From Desulfomonilia bacterium (lineage in GTDB: Bacteria; Desulfobacterota; Desulfomonilia; UBA1062), in the NCBI GenBank assembly GCA_050014195.1, contig JBEKDT010000012.1, positions 1 to 64,000 on the forward strand: 64,000 nt of DNA, given 5' to 3'. The translations under genes were made by a program, and so were the position numbers. Shown here piece after piece: positions 29,918 to 39,946 of the stretch. The stretch's first letter is position 1. The number at the start of each line of letters is the position of its first letter. The notes beneath the pieces are model-generated. The model was given only the letters and a program-made list of their open reading frames with translations, searched no databases and was not told the DNA's origin.

Positions 29918-32284
29918 ATGAAGAGAATTCTGTTCATGCTCATGGTAACCATGCTGGCGCTGGTCATCATACTGATATGCTCAACCTTTCATAATCGTAA
30001 AGACGTTTATGCAGAGAAGACCCTCACACAGAATAGAGAAAACATTAGCTCGGTGAGTTGCAGGCAGTGCCATGCCGAGTTCTACGCTGTATGGTCCCAG
30101 TCTCTTCACGGCCTTGCCATACAGCCGTACTCTCAGGAGTTTGCCTTGAGCAAGCTTTCCCCACAGGCAAAGGATATCAGAATCGGCGGATATGGTTACC
30201 AGGCCGATATAAAGGGTAGGGAAGGTTATGTGATCGAAAAGGGTAACTTGCCTTGGAACAGCTCAAGATATCGAATCGATCACGTGCTTGGAGGAAAGAA
30301 TATATTTTATTTCCTTACGTTTTTAGAGGAGAGGAGGTTTCAGATCCTGCCGCTGGCTTACGATGTACATAAGAAGGAATGGGTCGATACGGCTTCCAGC
30401 GGGATCAGACACGCAAGAGGGAAACCGGGGAACTGGAAGGAACCGGGGTATACCTTCAACACTTCATGTTCCAGCTGCCATGCAGGCCAATATTCAATGA
30501 ACTACGATCTTAAGAACAATACATACGGCACAGTTTTGTTTGAGCAGGGCATTAACTGCGAGTCGTGCCATGGCCCGGTAAACGAACATAGCATGATCTT
30601 CCTGAAGGCTGCGGAATACAGTACCGTTCCCGAAGACCGGAAGATCATCAGCAACAAGAAATTTACTTCGGCTCAAATCAACTCAACATGCGCATCATGT
30701 CATTCCAAGATGGTTCCCATTACCAACTCCTTTACACCAGGCGAAAACTTCTTTGACCATTACGACCTGGCGACGCTCGAAGACCCCGGTTTTTCTTCCG
30801 ACGGATGCAATCTGGCCGACAATCACACCTATACCCGCTGGCTCATGAGCCCCTGTGTCAAATCCGGCCGGCTCGATTGCCTCAGGTGCCATACCAACGG
30901 CGGCGGCTACCGGTTTACCGACAGTGCCAAGGCCAATGATGCCTGCCTGCCATGCCATGCAAAACGTATTCAGGACACAAGCGCGCATACCCACCACAAA
31001 CCCGGCAGTCCCGGCAGCTTGTGCATCTCATGCCACATGCCTAAGACGGGATTTGCCCGCATGCAGAGCACCGACCATTCCATGCTGCCCCCGGTTCCTG
31101 CCGCCACGTTAGCCTTCAAGTCTCCAAACGCCTGTACCATTTGTCATGCGGACAAGGATGCCGCCTGGGCAGATAACACTGTTAGGCTATGGCACAAGGA
31201 TGATTATCAGGCCCCATTCCTTAAACGTGCAGCACTTATTGAAGCAGGGCGCAGGCGTGATTGGAGCAAGCTTTTTGATATGCTCGCATACATACAGAGC
31301 AAGGATCATGATGATGTGATTGCCTGCTCGCTGCTTCGGATGCTTAAGACATGCCCTGATATGAATAAGGTCCCTGTATTCATCGAGGCCCTTGACGACC
31401 CCTCAGGGCTTATCCGCTCGGCAGCGGCAGAGGGGCTTAGAGATGTGTCGACATCAAAGGCAATCAAGGCCTTGCTTGCAGCAACGGATGACCCGATAAG
31501 ACTTGTACGCATCAAGGCTGCTTCCGTATTGGCCAGGTATTCCACACAGAAACTCACTGAACCCGAGGCAAAGAGTCTTGAGCGGGTAACAGGTGAATAC
31601 CTTACCTCATTGCTGGTTCATCCGGATCTGTGGCAATCTCATTACAATATGGGTAATTACTTCCTTGACCGGGGGGAGAACAAGGATGCCCTTTTGGCAT
31701 ATAAGACAGCCATACGGATTGAGCCCGGCGCCACGGCCCCTTATGTTCATTCATCCATTGCCTATGCACGGCTCCATGATGTGTCTGAGGCCGAAGCATC
31801 TTTGAACAAGGCACTTAAGATTGACCCGAACAATGCGGACGCCTATTTCAACTTAGGGCTCTTGAAGATTGAGCAGGATGATATAAAGACGGCCGAAGAG
31901 GATCTCAGGACCGCGTTGAATGATGACCCGACCATGGCTGCAGCCGCATACAACTTGAGTATCATACTCTCAAAGGACAGATTGAAGGAGGCCGTCGCAT
32001 GGAGCAAAAAGGCTTACCTGATGCAGCCTGAGGTGAAATACGGCTACAGCCTGGCATCCTTTTTGAAACAAGACGGCAACTGGGACGAGGCCCTAGATGT
32101 GTTGAGACAGGTAGTTGCTTCAGACAGGACATTTGGCGATGCATACCTGCTCATGGGTGAGATCTATGAAGAGCGGGGAAAGAAAAGGGATGCAGCGGCT
32201 GTGTACCGGCAGGGGCTCGCAGTCGAAGAACTTCTGAAGAAAGACCGCAATCGGCTGGAGAGAAAGCTCGAATCCTTGCAATGA
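29918..32284 (+). CDS. Octaheme cytochrome c with HEAT and TPR repeats
   Basis: Eight CxxCH motifs, N-terminal signal/TM, HEAT and TPR repeats. Confidence 0.88.
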   Translation: MKRILFMLMVTMLALVIILICSTFHNRKDVYAEKTLTQNRENISSVSCRQCHAEFYAVWSQSLHGLAIQPYSQEFALSKLSPQAKDIRIGGYGYQADIKGREGYVIEKGNLPWNSSRYRIDHVLGGKNIFYFLTFLEERRFQILPLAYDVHKKEWVDTASSGIRHARGKPGNWKEPGYTFNTSCSSCHAGQYSMNYDLKNNTYGTVLFEQGINCESCHGPVNEHSMIFLKAAEYSTVPEDRKIISNKKFTSAQINSTCASCHSKMVPITNSFTPGENFFDHYDLATLEDPGFSSDGCNLADNHTYTRWLMSPCVKSGRLDCLRCHTNGGGYRFTDSAKANDACLPCHAKRIQDTSAHTHHKPGSPGSLCISCHMPKTGFARMQSTDHSMLPPVPAATLAFKSPNACTICHADKDAAWADNTVRLWHKDDYQAPFLKRAALIEAGRRRDWSKLFDMLAYIQSKDHDDVIACSLLRMLKTCPDMNKVPVFIEALDDPSGLIRSAAAEGLRDVSTSKAIKALLAATDDPIRLVRIKAASVLARYSTQKLTEPEAKSLERVTGEYLTSLLVHPDLWQSHYNMGNYFLDRGENKDALLAYKTAIRIEPGATAPYVHSSIAYARLHDVSEAEASLNKALKIDPNNADAYFNLGLLKIEQDDIKTAEEDLRTALNDDPTMAAAAYNLSIILSKDRLKEAVAWSKKAYLMQPEVKYGYSLASFLKQDGNWDEALDVLRQVVASDRTFGDAYLLMGEIYEERGKKRDAAAVYRQGLAVEELLKKDRNRLERKLESLQ

Positions 32285-32343
32285 TGATCGCCGCTGTCAT
32301 GAAAGAGTACCTACGCATGCGCTGAAGACATGGAGGATATCAT

Positions 32344-33822
32344 ATGAGAATCTGGCCGAACCATCCAAGGATCTATGAAATCAATACCTGGGCATGGCTT
32401 GAAGAACTCAGCAGGCAAGCCGGGCAGGAGATAACGCTTGCCACGGTATCAAAAGAGGTATGGAACGCCCTTGCAGAACTTTCCCTGGATGCGGTCTGGT
32501 TCATGGGGGTCTGGGAGAGGAGTCCCGTGGGTTTCGGTATTGCGGTGAAGAACGAGGGTCTTCAGGAGGAATTCCGGCGTATATTACCCGGTTATCAAAC
32601 CTCTGACATGACGGGTTCTCCCTACTGTGTACGCCGGTATGTGGCGGATGCACGTCTGGGTGGTGCCGATGGCCTTGCCGTAGCACGCAAAGAGCTTGCA
32701 AAGCGGGGCTTAAGCCTTATCCTTGATTATGTACCGAACCACGTGGCCCCTGATCACCCTTGGGTTACCGAGCATCCTGAGTATTTCATACATGGAGACC
32801 ATGAAGACCTTGAAAACGACCCTGCATCATTTATCGAAGTGAAAGACAAAATCTATGCCTGCGGAAGAGACCCTTACTTCCCGGCCTGGCAGGATGTGCT
32901 CCAGCTCAATGCGTTCAATAAAGGCCTGCGCCAGGCAGACCTTGAGGTGGTTTCAGCCATCGCTCAGCAGTGTGACGGCATACGGTGCGACATGGCCATG
33001 CTGCTCATGAATGACGTGTTCGCCAGGACCTGGGGAGACAGGGCGGGTTCAAGACCTGTCACGGAGTTCTGGCCGGATCTTATCAAATCAGTAAAGAAAT
33101 ACCTCCCTGACACCCTGTTCATGGCAGAGGCTTACTGGGATCTGGAATGGGAATTGCTGCAGCAGGGGTTTGACTACTGCTATGACAAACGTCTCTATGA
33201 CAGGCTCTATTCAGAAAACGCCGAGAGTGTGAGGCTTCACGTGGGCTCTGATGTTTCTTATCAGAAGAGGCTGGTGCGTTTTATTGAAAATCACGATGAG
33301 CCAAGGGCGGCTTTTGTATTCCCCCATGATAAAGCGCGAGTCGCAGCGCTCGTCATTGCAACGTTACCCGGGGCGAAGCTCTTCCATGAAGGCCAGTTCG
33401 AGGGTAGAAGGGTGAAACTGCCGGTCTTCCTGAAACGAAGACCCGATGAGCCTGTGGACCATGGTCTCAAAGCATTCTATGGCAAGCTGCTTGAAGCCGT
33501 GAACATACCGGTGATACAGGAAGGAAATTGGCGTCTCTGCGGACTTTCCGGATGGCCGGACAATGCGACGTGGATGACCCTGGCTGCATGGTTCTGGCAA
33601 AAAGGCAAGGATGTCTGCCTGATCGTGGTAAATCTCTCCGAGACAAGGGCCCAGGCTCGTGTGCGTATGACCGGCGTCGACCTTGCAGGGAAGACGCTCC
33701 AGATGAGAGACCTCATCAGTAATGAGCTCTATGAGCGATCAGGCAACGAGATGGCGGAGATCGGCCTGTATGTTGATCTCAGTCCGTGGGCGTTCCATGT
33801 CTTGAGATTTGAAAGTGCCTAA
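32344..33822 (+). CDS. Alpha-amylase family (GH13) glycosidase
   Basis: DYVPNH, DGIRCDMA, AEAYW, ENHDE. Confidence 0.9.
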   Translation: MRIWPNHPRIYEINTWAWLEELSRQAGQEITLATVSKEVWNALAELSLDAVWFMGVWERSPVGFGIAVKNEGLQEEFRRILPGYQTSDMTGSPYCVRRYVADARLGGADGLAVARKELAKRGLSLILDYVPNHVAPDHPWVTEHPEYFIHGDHEDLENDPASFIEVKDKIYACGRDPYFPAWQDVLQLNAFNKGLRQADLEVVSAIAQQCDGIRCDMAMLLMNDVFARTWGDRAGSRPVTEFWPDLIKSVKKYLPDTLFMAEAYWDLEWELLQQGFDYCYDKRLYDRLYSENAESVRLHVGSDVSYQKRLVRFIENHDEPRAAFVFPHDKARVAALVIATLPGAKLFHEGQFEGRRVKLPVFLKRRPDEPVDHGLKAFYGKLLEAVNIPVIQEGNWRLCGLSGWPDNATWMTLAAWFWQKGKDVCLIVVNLSETRAQARVRMTGVDLAGKTLQMRDLISNELYERSGNEMAEIGLYVDLSPWAFHVLRFESA

Positions 33823-33858
33823 CTCTGATGAAAAAGCCGAGAACGCCTAAAAACCTGT

Positions 33859-35361
33859 TCATGGTCGGCCGGAGGCTGCGACATTGCTCTGATCTTTGAT
33901 GTTTTCCTCAACCCACTGATGGTATCTCACTGCGCGTGCAAGGGCAGAGGCCGCCTTGTCCGGTGCGGAATAGGGCATGATGCCGTGATGGTCGAGGAAG
34001 TCCACGGGATTATTGTCCATTCGGATATCGAAGCTCATGATGTCGAAAACCGGTATGATAGGCCGCCGGTATTTTTCGACAAGTTCAACGATGAGGGTGA
34101 AGAGCTTGGTTTCTTCGGCTATCATGATTTCAGCCGATTGCTTCACGGCCTGGGTGGGTACGGTGCTGGACCTGAGCCAGCCATGGGCGCGAAGGCTTAG
34201 GTATCCGAGGCCCATGAGAAGAACGGCATCGGCTGACGCATGCTCCATAAGCTCTATAATGGTGTCCGTGATTACACTCACGCGCTGGGGCGCCACCAGG
34301 TCGATAGGGTTGCCCCTGCTCCAGTAGCGTGGAAGGATCTTATCGAGTGTTTCTATAAGAGACGGATCAAGGGGATTTACGACAAGAGAGTTTTTAATGC
34401 ACAAGTCGGTTGCTATCACACCCCATCCGCCGCCCGAGGTGATAATGGCCACGCGGTTTCCGGAAGGCATGGGCTGCATAAGGACCCCGGCCGTATCGAT
34501 CATTTCGTCCATGGTATCGAGCTGGATAATACCCGTCTGCCGGCACATGGATGTGAAAAGCTCGTCGTTGCCCGCCATGGCGCCTGTATGGGACATGGCA
34601 GCCACGGCACCTCTGTGGGTGCGTCCTCCCTTGATGAGGATGATGGGTTTCTTCGGCGATATCCTTCGGGCGGCCTCGAAAAACTTCCTGGGCTGCCTCA
34701 GGCCCTCCACATAAAGGCAGATGATCGTGGTCTTTTCATCGAGCTCGAGATATTCCATGAAGTCTTCCAGGGTGAGGTCGGCCTCGTTCCCCGAGCTGAT
34801 GAGGCGGCTGATGCCGATACGCCGTCGCAGGAAGCGGTATGAGATGGAAGACCCAAGGTTGCCGCTCTGTACGATGAGGCCGATGCCGCCCGGTCTCAAC
34901 GGCATGGAGCCCATGAGGGCCTGCATGATGGATGGATACGCACTGAACACGCCCATGGTATTGGGACCCACCAACCGCATGCCTCCTTTCCTGGCGGTCT
35001 TAACCACCTCTCGTTCGAGCTTTGCTCCCTTGGAACCGGTCTCGGAAAAACCGGCGGTAATGATGATGCCATACGGTATCTTTTTTTCTATGCACTGTTT
35101 CACCGTGTCCAGAACAAGGTTGTCTGCAACCACGATGAGGGCGAGGTCAATGGGTTTGTCGATCTCATCGAGGGAAGAGTACATTTTTCTGCCGAACCAT
35201 TCTCCTCCCCTGGGGTTGACGGGAAAGATCTCGCCTGCAAAACCCCGTTTCACGATGGTGTGGAGGATGTTGAACCCCCATTTGAAGATGTCGGTAGAGG
35301 CGCCGATGAACGCTATGGTGCGTGGTTCGAAGAGACGCTGAAGATCGTTGATGGCAGGCAT
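33859..35361 (-). CDS. Acyl-CoA synthetase (NDP-forming) alpha subunit
   Basis: IGAS, AGFSE, GPNTMG, QSG, GNEAD, SHTG phospho-His, NPIDL. Confidence 0.88.
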   Translation of the reverse strand: MPAINDLQRLFEPRTIAFIGASTDIFKWGFNILHTIVKRGFAGEIFPVNPRGGEWFGRKMYSSLDEIDKPIDLALIVVADNLVLDTVKQCIEKKIPYGIIITAGFSETGSKGAKLEREVVKTARKGGMRLVGPNTMGVFSAYPSIMQALMGSMPLRPGGIGLIVQSGNLGSSISYRFLRRRIGISRLISSGNEADLTLEDFMEYLELDEKTTIICLYVEGLRQPRKFFEAARRISPKKPIILIKGGRTHRGAVAAMSHTGAMAGNDELFTSMCRQTGIIQLDTMDEMIDTAGVLMQPMPSGNRVAIITSGGGWGVIATDLCIKNSLVVNPLDPSLIETLDKILPRYWSRGNPIDLVAPQRVSVITDTIIELMEHASADAVLLMGLGYLSLRAHGWLRSSTVPTQAVKQSAEIMIAEETKLFTLIVELVEKYRRPIIPVFDIMSFDIRMDNNPVDFLDHHGIMPYSAPDKAASALARAVRYHQWVEENIKDQSNVAASGRP

Positions 35362-35363
35362 GA

Positions 35364-36176
35364 TTAATACTTGCCCCTAAAGTCGGGTCTTCTTTTCTCT
35401 TTCTGGGCACGAACCCCCTCGCGGGCGTCTTCACTGGCAAAAATAGGCATGCCGATGGCCACCTCACGAATGAACAGATCCTTCAAATTCCTCATGCGCA
35501 TCTCTCGGTTGAATTTGATGATGCCCTGGGTGGCAAGTGGACCGTTGGAGGAAATCTTACCAGCAAGTTCAAGGGCGGTATCCATGAGCTTGTCCTTGGG
35601 GACGACCCTGTTAAGGAAACCCCATTCATACATGGTCTTGGCATCGAAATTACCGGCTGTGAGGAGGATCTCAAGGGCCCTGCACGTTCCGACATGGCTC
35701 GGAAGGAAGATGTTCCCTCCGCCCGTGGGCATGATGCCGAGGCTCGCCTCACGCATCTGGAAGACCGCATCCTCGGATGCAACGCGCAGGTCTGCGCCCA
35801 TGACCATCTCGAAACCGCCGGTGAGGCAATAACCATGGATAGCCGCGATAACGGGCTTGTTTACAAAGCTGATCTTGAGCATGGCCTCACCGACACCCTT
35901 GCCGTCCCATCCGGAGGCTACCCACTCTTCTGCCTCATTCTCAGGCGGTCTTGCCCTTGTGAGAATGGGTATAGCAGTCTTCAGGTCCATTCCGGCGCAG
36001 AATATGCCGGGAAGTGCCGAGTACAACACAGCCACCCTGATGTTAGGGTCATCATTGATGTCTATCCAGGTCTTGTGCAGTTCGAGCAGAATACCCGGGT
36101 CCAGGGCATTGAGCTGCTGGGGGCGATTGAGGCCGACCTTTGCGATGTGTCCGATTTTTTCATAAATAAGATTCAT
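35364..36176 (-). CDS. Enoyl-CoA hydratase/crotonase
   Basis: FCAGMDL, GGFE, EASLGIMP. Confidence 0.92.
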   Translation of the reverse strand: MNLIYEKIGHIAKVGLNRPQQLNALDPGILLELHKTWIDINDDPNIRVAVLYSALPGIFCAGMDLKTAIPILTRARPPENEAEEWVASGWDGKGVGEAMLKISFVNKPVIAAIHGYCLTGGFEMVMGADLRVASEDAVFQMREASLGIMPTGGGNIFLPSHVGTCRALEILLTAGNFDAKTMYEWGFLNRVVPKDKLMDTALELAGKISSNGPLATQGIIKFNREMRMRNLKDLFIREVAIGMPIFASEDAREGVRAQKEKRRPDFRGKY

Positions 36177-36325
36177 ACACCCTCCCTAGGACTGCATGTA
36201 GTTATCGATCCATATAGTGCTACCGGTCTACCGGGCATTTGTCAACCACACGGGGATCATAAAATTAAGGATAGCAATGATGTGTAGAGATTTTTGCTTC
36301 ATCCTTCATGCCTAAACTTGACGTC

Positions 36326-36375
36326 TTGACAAAATGATCTATCAAATTATCTTTTATATTGAACACCCAGTCAAT
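36326..36375 (+). promoter_or_regulatory. Promoter (TTGACA-N16-TATCTT) and ATTGA-N8-TCAAT candidate TetR operator
   Basis: Inverted repeat 36358-36375 just upstream of tetR. Confidence 0.4.
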
Positions 36376-36391
36376 TTAAAAAGGAAAAGCA

Positions 36392-37063
36392 GTGAAACGC
36401 AGCACCCTCGGTTTACGGAAGAATCTCAAGGAACTCAAGCGCAGGGAGGCCATAATCTCCTCGGCCATACAGGTCTTCTCTGCCAAGGGATATGAGAGGG
36501 CCACCATGGATGACATTGCTGCAGATACCGGGCTCAGTAAGGCATTGATCTACTGGTACTGGGAAAACAAGGCTGCGTTATTCTCTGAGCTGGTTGACCG
36601 GTGCATGATACCCTACTGCCATCTCCTGCAGAAGACCATCGACTCCCCTGATCCGTTTGGAGAGAAGCTCACCTTGTTCCTGACGGATTTCACACGGCTC
36701 TTCAGAGATAATGATGCCTTGAACAAGCTGGTGCATTTCGGCTCACTCCATTCCCATCCGGTAAATGAACAGGAGAATTTCAGCGAGAAGGCGAACGCCT
36801 ATTACCAAAGGGTCCAGGACTTGCTCCATGAGTTGCTCAGCCAGGGTGTCAAACAGGGCTATTTTAAGGTCGACCTGGACAAAAAGGCGCTATCCTTTTT
36901 CCTCCTGCTGGCTGTGGAAGGATACATCTACATGTCCATGCTGGAAGAGAGGATGCCGGTTGAGAGGGCCCTGATAGACTTGGCCCGGAATATCATATTC
37001 CCGGCTGTCATTCGTAAAGATGATAACAGAACAGGCTTCAACAACTTGTTTTCTTGTAGATGA
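36392..37063 (+). CDS. TetR/AcrR-family regulator
   Basis: GYERATMDDIA...SKALIYWYWENK HTH. Confidence 0.92.
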   Translation: MKRSTLGLRKNLKELKRREAIISSAIQVFSAKGYERATMDDIAADTGLSKALIYWYWENKAALFSELVDRCMIPYCHLLQKTIDSPDPFGEKLTLFLTDFTRLFRDNDALNKLVHFGSLHSHPVNEQENFSEKANAYYQRVQDLLHELLSQGVKQGYFKVDLDKKALSFFLLLAVEGYIYMSMLEERMPVERALIDLARNIIFPAVIRKDDNRTGFNNLFSCR

Positions 37064-37155
37064 AGGGACACGGTGGTCTCTGTTGGCGGGTAGCTCGGTA
37101 ACGGTTGACTTTACTTGGGGCTGCTAAAGGTTAAGATAAAAAAGGAGGATGCCCT

Positions 37156-37851
37156 ATGGAATCCCAGGATAAAGGTGTGTTCGATAGATTTCAGGAGATC
37201 TTCTTTACTTTTCAAATCGATGAGATCATCAAGCATGCGGATGATCTTATCGGCTCTCATGTATCCCCGCAGGGTTTCCTTACTGTATGCCAACAGTGCA
37301 TGGACGTTGTCGGGAAGAGGTTTGAGGCAGGTGAATACTTCCTCCCGGAGCTGATTGTTGCAGGGGAGGTCTTCAAGCTGTTGAGCCTAAAGATACGACC
37401 ATTTCTCAAGACATATGATACCCTCGGCTCGAGCGGAAGCATTGTGGTCGGCACACCTAGGGGCGATATACACAGCCTCGGGAAGGACATCTTCTGTATG
37501 CTGGCCGAGGCTGTAGGGTTTAGGGTCCATAACCTGGGGGAAGATGTGCCGCCTGATGCCTTTATCGCCAAGGCAAGAGAAACAGATGCCAGGATTATAG
37601 GCATGTCTGCGCTCATTACGACTGCATACTCATCCATGCAGGAAGTCATCCGGCAGCTCGAAAAAGACGGGCTTCGAGACCGGGTCAAGGTCGTGATCGG
37701 GGGCGGTGCCACCACAAAAGAACTCGCTCAGAAGCTGGGCGCAGATGCACAAACATGGGATGCCTATGAAGGGATCAGGATCATAGAGTCGTTCCTTTCT
37801 CAAGAAGCCTCTGATGTGAAAATCGCCTCTGAAGGGGGAAAGCTCGGGTGA
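37156..37851 (+). CDS. Methyltransferase cognate corrinoid protein
   Basis: GEYFLPEL cap domain, DIHSLG (DxHxxG), GMSALIT, IGG. Confidence 0.92.
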   Translation: MESQDKGVFDRFQEIFFTFQIDEIIKHADDLIGSHVSPQGFLTVCQQCMDVVGKRFEAGEYFLPELIVAGEVFKLLSLKIRPFLKTYDTLGSSGSIVVGTPRGDIHSLGKDIFCMLAEAVGFRVHNLGEDVPPDAFIAKARETDARIIGMSALITTAYSSMQEVIRQLEKDGLRDRVKVVIGGGATTKELAQKLGADAQTWDAYEGIRIIESFLSQEASDVKIASEGGKLG

Positions 37852-39044
37852 GGGAGCAGAAAATATTTAAGAGGGATCGACTGAGCGCTGATCAAAGGGT
37901 CAATGCTGTTGTGCGCTGCGAAAAGCCTGACCGGGTTCCGCTTTCTCTCATGATCTACTACTATGCCCCGTTTCACACGGGCATGGACATGGGGACGTAC
38001 CTGAAGCGGCCCAAGGCCTACATGTCGGCGATGCACCAGGTGTTTGAAGATATCGGGCCCTGGGACATATATTACAACATCAATCCTTTCTCGAGGTTGA
38101 TGTACAGCTATGTCATGATGATGAGGTCCCTGTGGCCCGGGATAGAGCTTCCTCGCGGCGGGGTGGTACAGATCGAGGAGATAGAATATATGACGCCTGA
38201 AGACTACGATGATATCCTCAGGTCCGACTCATGGTGGTCAACCAAGCTCGGCGATACCCTGTTCCGACTCAGGATGCTTCCCCGCTTCTGCCAGGAGGCA
38301 AGCGGCAGTAGCCCCATAAAGGTTTTTTCACAATTTATCGCCGGACTCTTCAGCCAGTGGCTCTTCTGGTTCAGGGATTTCTCATGGTGGAGGAAAAAGG
38401 GGGCGGCCATCCAGATCGGCTACCAGGCCGAGATGCCTTTTGACATCTTCTCGCAGGCGAGAAACGTCATCAACTTTTCAAAAGACCTCTTTGCCATACC
38501 CGACAAGATAGGCAAAGCAGCCACTAGGCTTGCCGACAGCTTCGCCAATTTCTCCATCCTGATTGCAAAGGTCATGCAGGTTCCCCGTGTGCAGCTCTAT
38601 CTTCACCGGACATCCAACAGCTTCATCTCGCCTAAGCAGTTCGAGATGCTTGCATTCCCGAGCATCGAGATCATCGTGAACCGATTGGTTGATGCAGGGA
38701 TCACCCCGATCCTCCACTGCGACGGAGACTGGCTGAAGAACCTGAAGACCCTGCGCCGCCTCCCGGCAAAGTCCTGCATACTCCAGCTCGACGGGCTGAC
38801 GGACATCTTCAAGGCCAAGGAGGAGATAGGCGAGGATATGTGTATCTTCGGCGATGTCCCCGCTGGCATGCTCGTGATGGGCTCAGAAAGCGAGGTCGAT
38901 GAGTACTGCCATCGTCTCATCACGGAGGTGGGCAGGGGAGGGGGATTCATCCTGGCCGGTGGCTGAGAGGTCCCGTCCAACTCCCGTGTGGAGAATCTCA
39001 AAGCCATGGTAGGCGCTGTGGAAAAGTACGGCTACTATGAGTAA
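37848..39044 (+). CDS. UroD/MtaA-family corrinoid methyltransferase; predicted selenoprotein (Sec373 at TGA 38964-38966), 398 aa
   Basis: PDRVP, HCDG, GGFILAGG-U-EVPSNSRVENLKAMV; readthrough restores the family C-terminus and ends 14 nt before the next ATG. Confidence 0.82.
38964..39000 (+). promoter_or_regulatory. Candidate bacterial SECIS hairpin
   Basis: TGAGA...CTCC-CGTGT-GGAG..TCTCA; apical loop 18 nt after UGA with GU at loop positions 2-3. Confidence 0.6.
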
Positions 39045-39058
39045 AATAAGGAGAAGGG

Positions 39059-39871
39059 ATGAAAACCGATATCATCAATGCGGTGAAGGATTTTACGGCA
39101 CAGGAGGGAGTCCTCATGGGCGTTGCGAGCGCAGAGGTGCTCAATGCAAAGGCCCCTGAAGGATTCCGCCCCGTGGACATAATGCCGAGTGCCAAGAGCG
39201 TGCTCGTCTTTGCCAAGCCTCTTCCCCTTGCCGTATTCCTTGTGCCCGACGGATTCAATCACATGTATTACCAGCGGTCTGCCTACATGTACTACCTCCT
39301 CATGGATAGGGTAGCAGATGGAGCGAGCATGATCCTCCAGGAAGAAGGATATCTTTCACTGCCCATCCCGTCCTACAGCCCATTACGATTTCATGAGGGC
39401 GAACCGAGGGGGGTCATCAGCCTCAAACACGCTGCAGCCGAAGCCGGGCTGGGCGCAATCGGAAGAAATACCCTGCTCATCAACCCCAAATATGGGAATA
39501 TCATGAGGCTTGGTGCTCTCATGACCGAGATGCAATGGCCGGAATACTCATCCAATGCCGATTACAGACCCTGCCCGGAAGGGTGTCATGTATGCGAACG
39601 CTCTTGTCCGATAGGCGCCATCAAAGATGGCAGGGTAAATAAGACAGCCTGCCTGGGCAGGTGCATCAAGCATGCGATGCTGCCTCCATCTTTCATGCTC
39701 CCTGTGGTTAAGAAGGCAGTTGCACACAGCAGGATGCTCACAGAGTTCATGGAGCTCATCTCGCTCAATTTCTTCGAGACCTATGGTATCGGCTGCACGG
39801 CCTGCTTGAATGCATGCCCACATTTCCCGGGTAAAAAAAGAGAGGTCAGCCGGGGTGTGAGAAATAATTAA
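39059..39871 (+). CDS. QueG/reductive-dehalogenase-like 2x[4Fe-4S] protein (short form)
   Basis: SLKHAAAEAGLGAIGRNTLLINPKYG; CPEGCHVCERSCP; CTACLNACP. Confidence 0.8.
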   Translation: MKTDIINAVKDFTAQEGVLMGVASAEVLNAKAPEGFRPVDIMPSAKSVLVFAKPLPLAVFLVPDGFNHMYYQRSAYMYYLLMDRVADGASMILQEEGYLSLPIPSYSPLRFHEGEPRGVISLKHAAAEAGLGAIGRNTLLINPKYGNIMRLGALMTEMQWPEYSSNADYRPCPEGCHVCERSCPIGAIKDGRVNKTACLGRCIKHAMLPPSFMLPVVKKAVAHSRMLTEFMELISLNFFETYGIGCTACLNACPHFPGKKREVSRGVRNN

Positions 39872-39946
39872 GAAAGAAGGCCATTCATGACTTCCAATAA
39901 ACATTTGCAATCCATGCTCGAATTCTAGATGAGATCGGAGATGACC

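Noticed and set aside
39059-39871. Respiratory reductive dehalogenase
   Set aside because: Too short, no Tat signal and no rdhB anchor gene.
39887-39928. 13-codon ORF ending in TAG in frame with the Hcy methyltransferase (possible pyrrolysine readthrough)
   Set aside because: The domain is complete from its own GGAG/ATG, the extension has no recognisable homology, and no pyl genes are in view.
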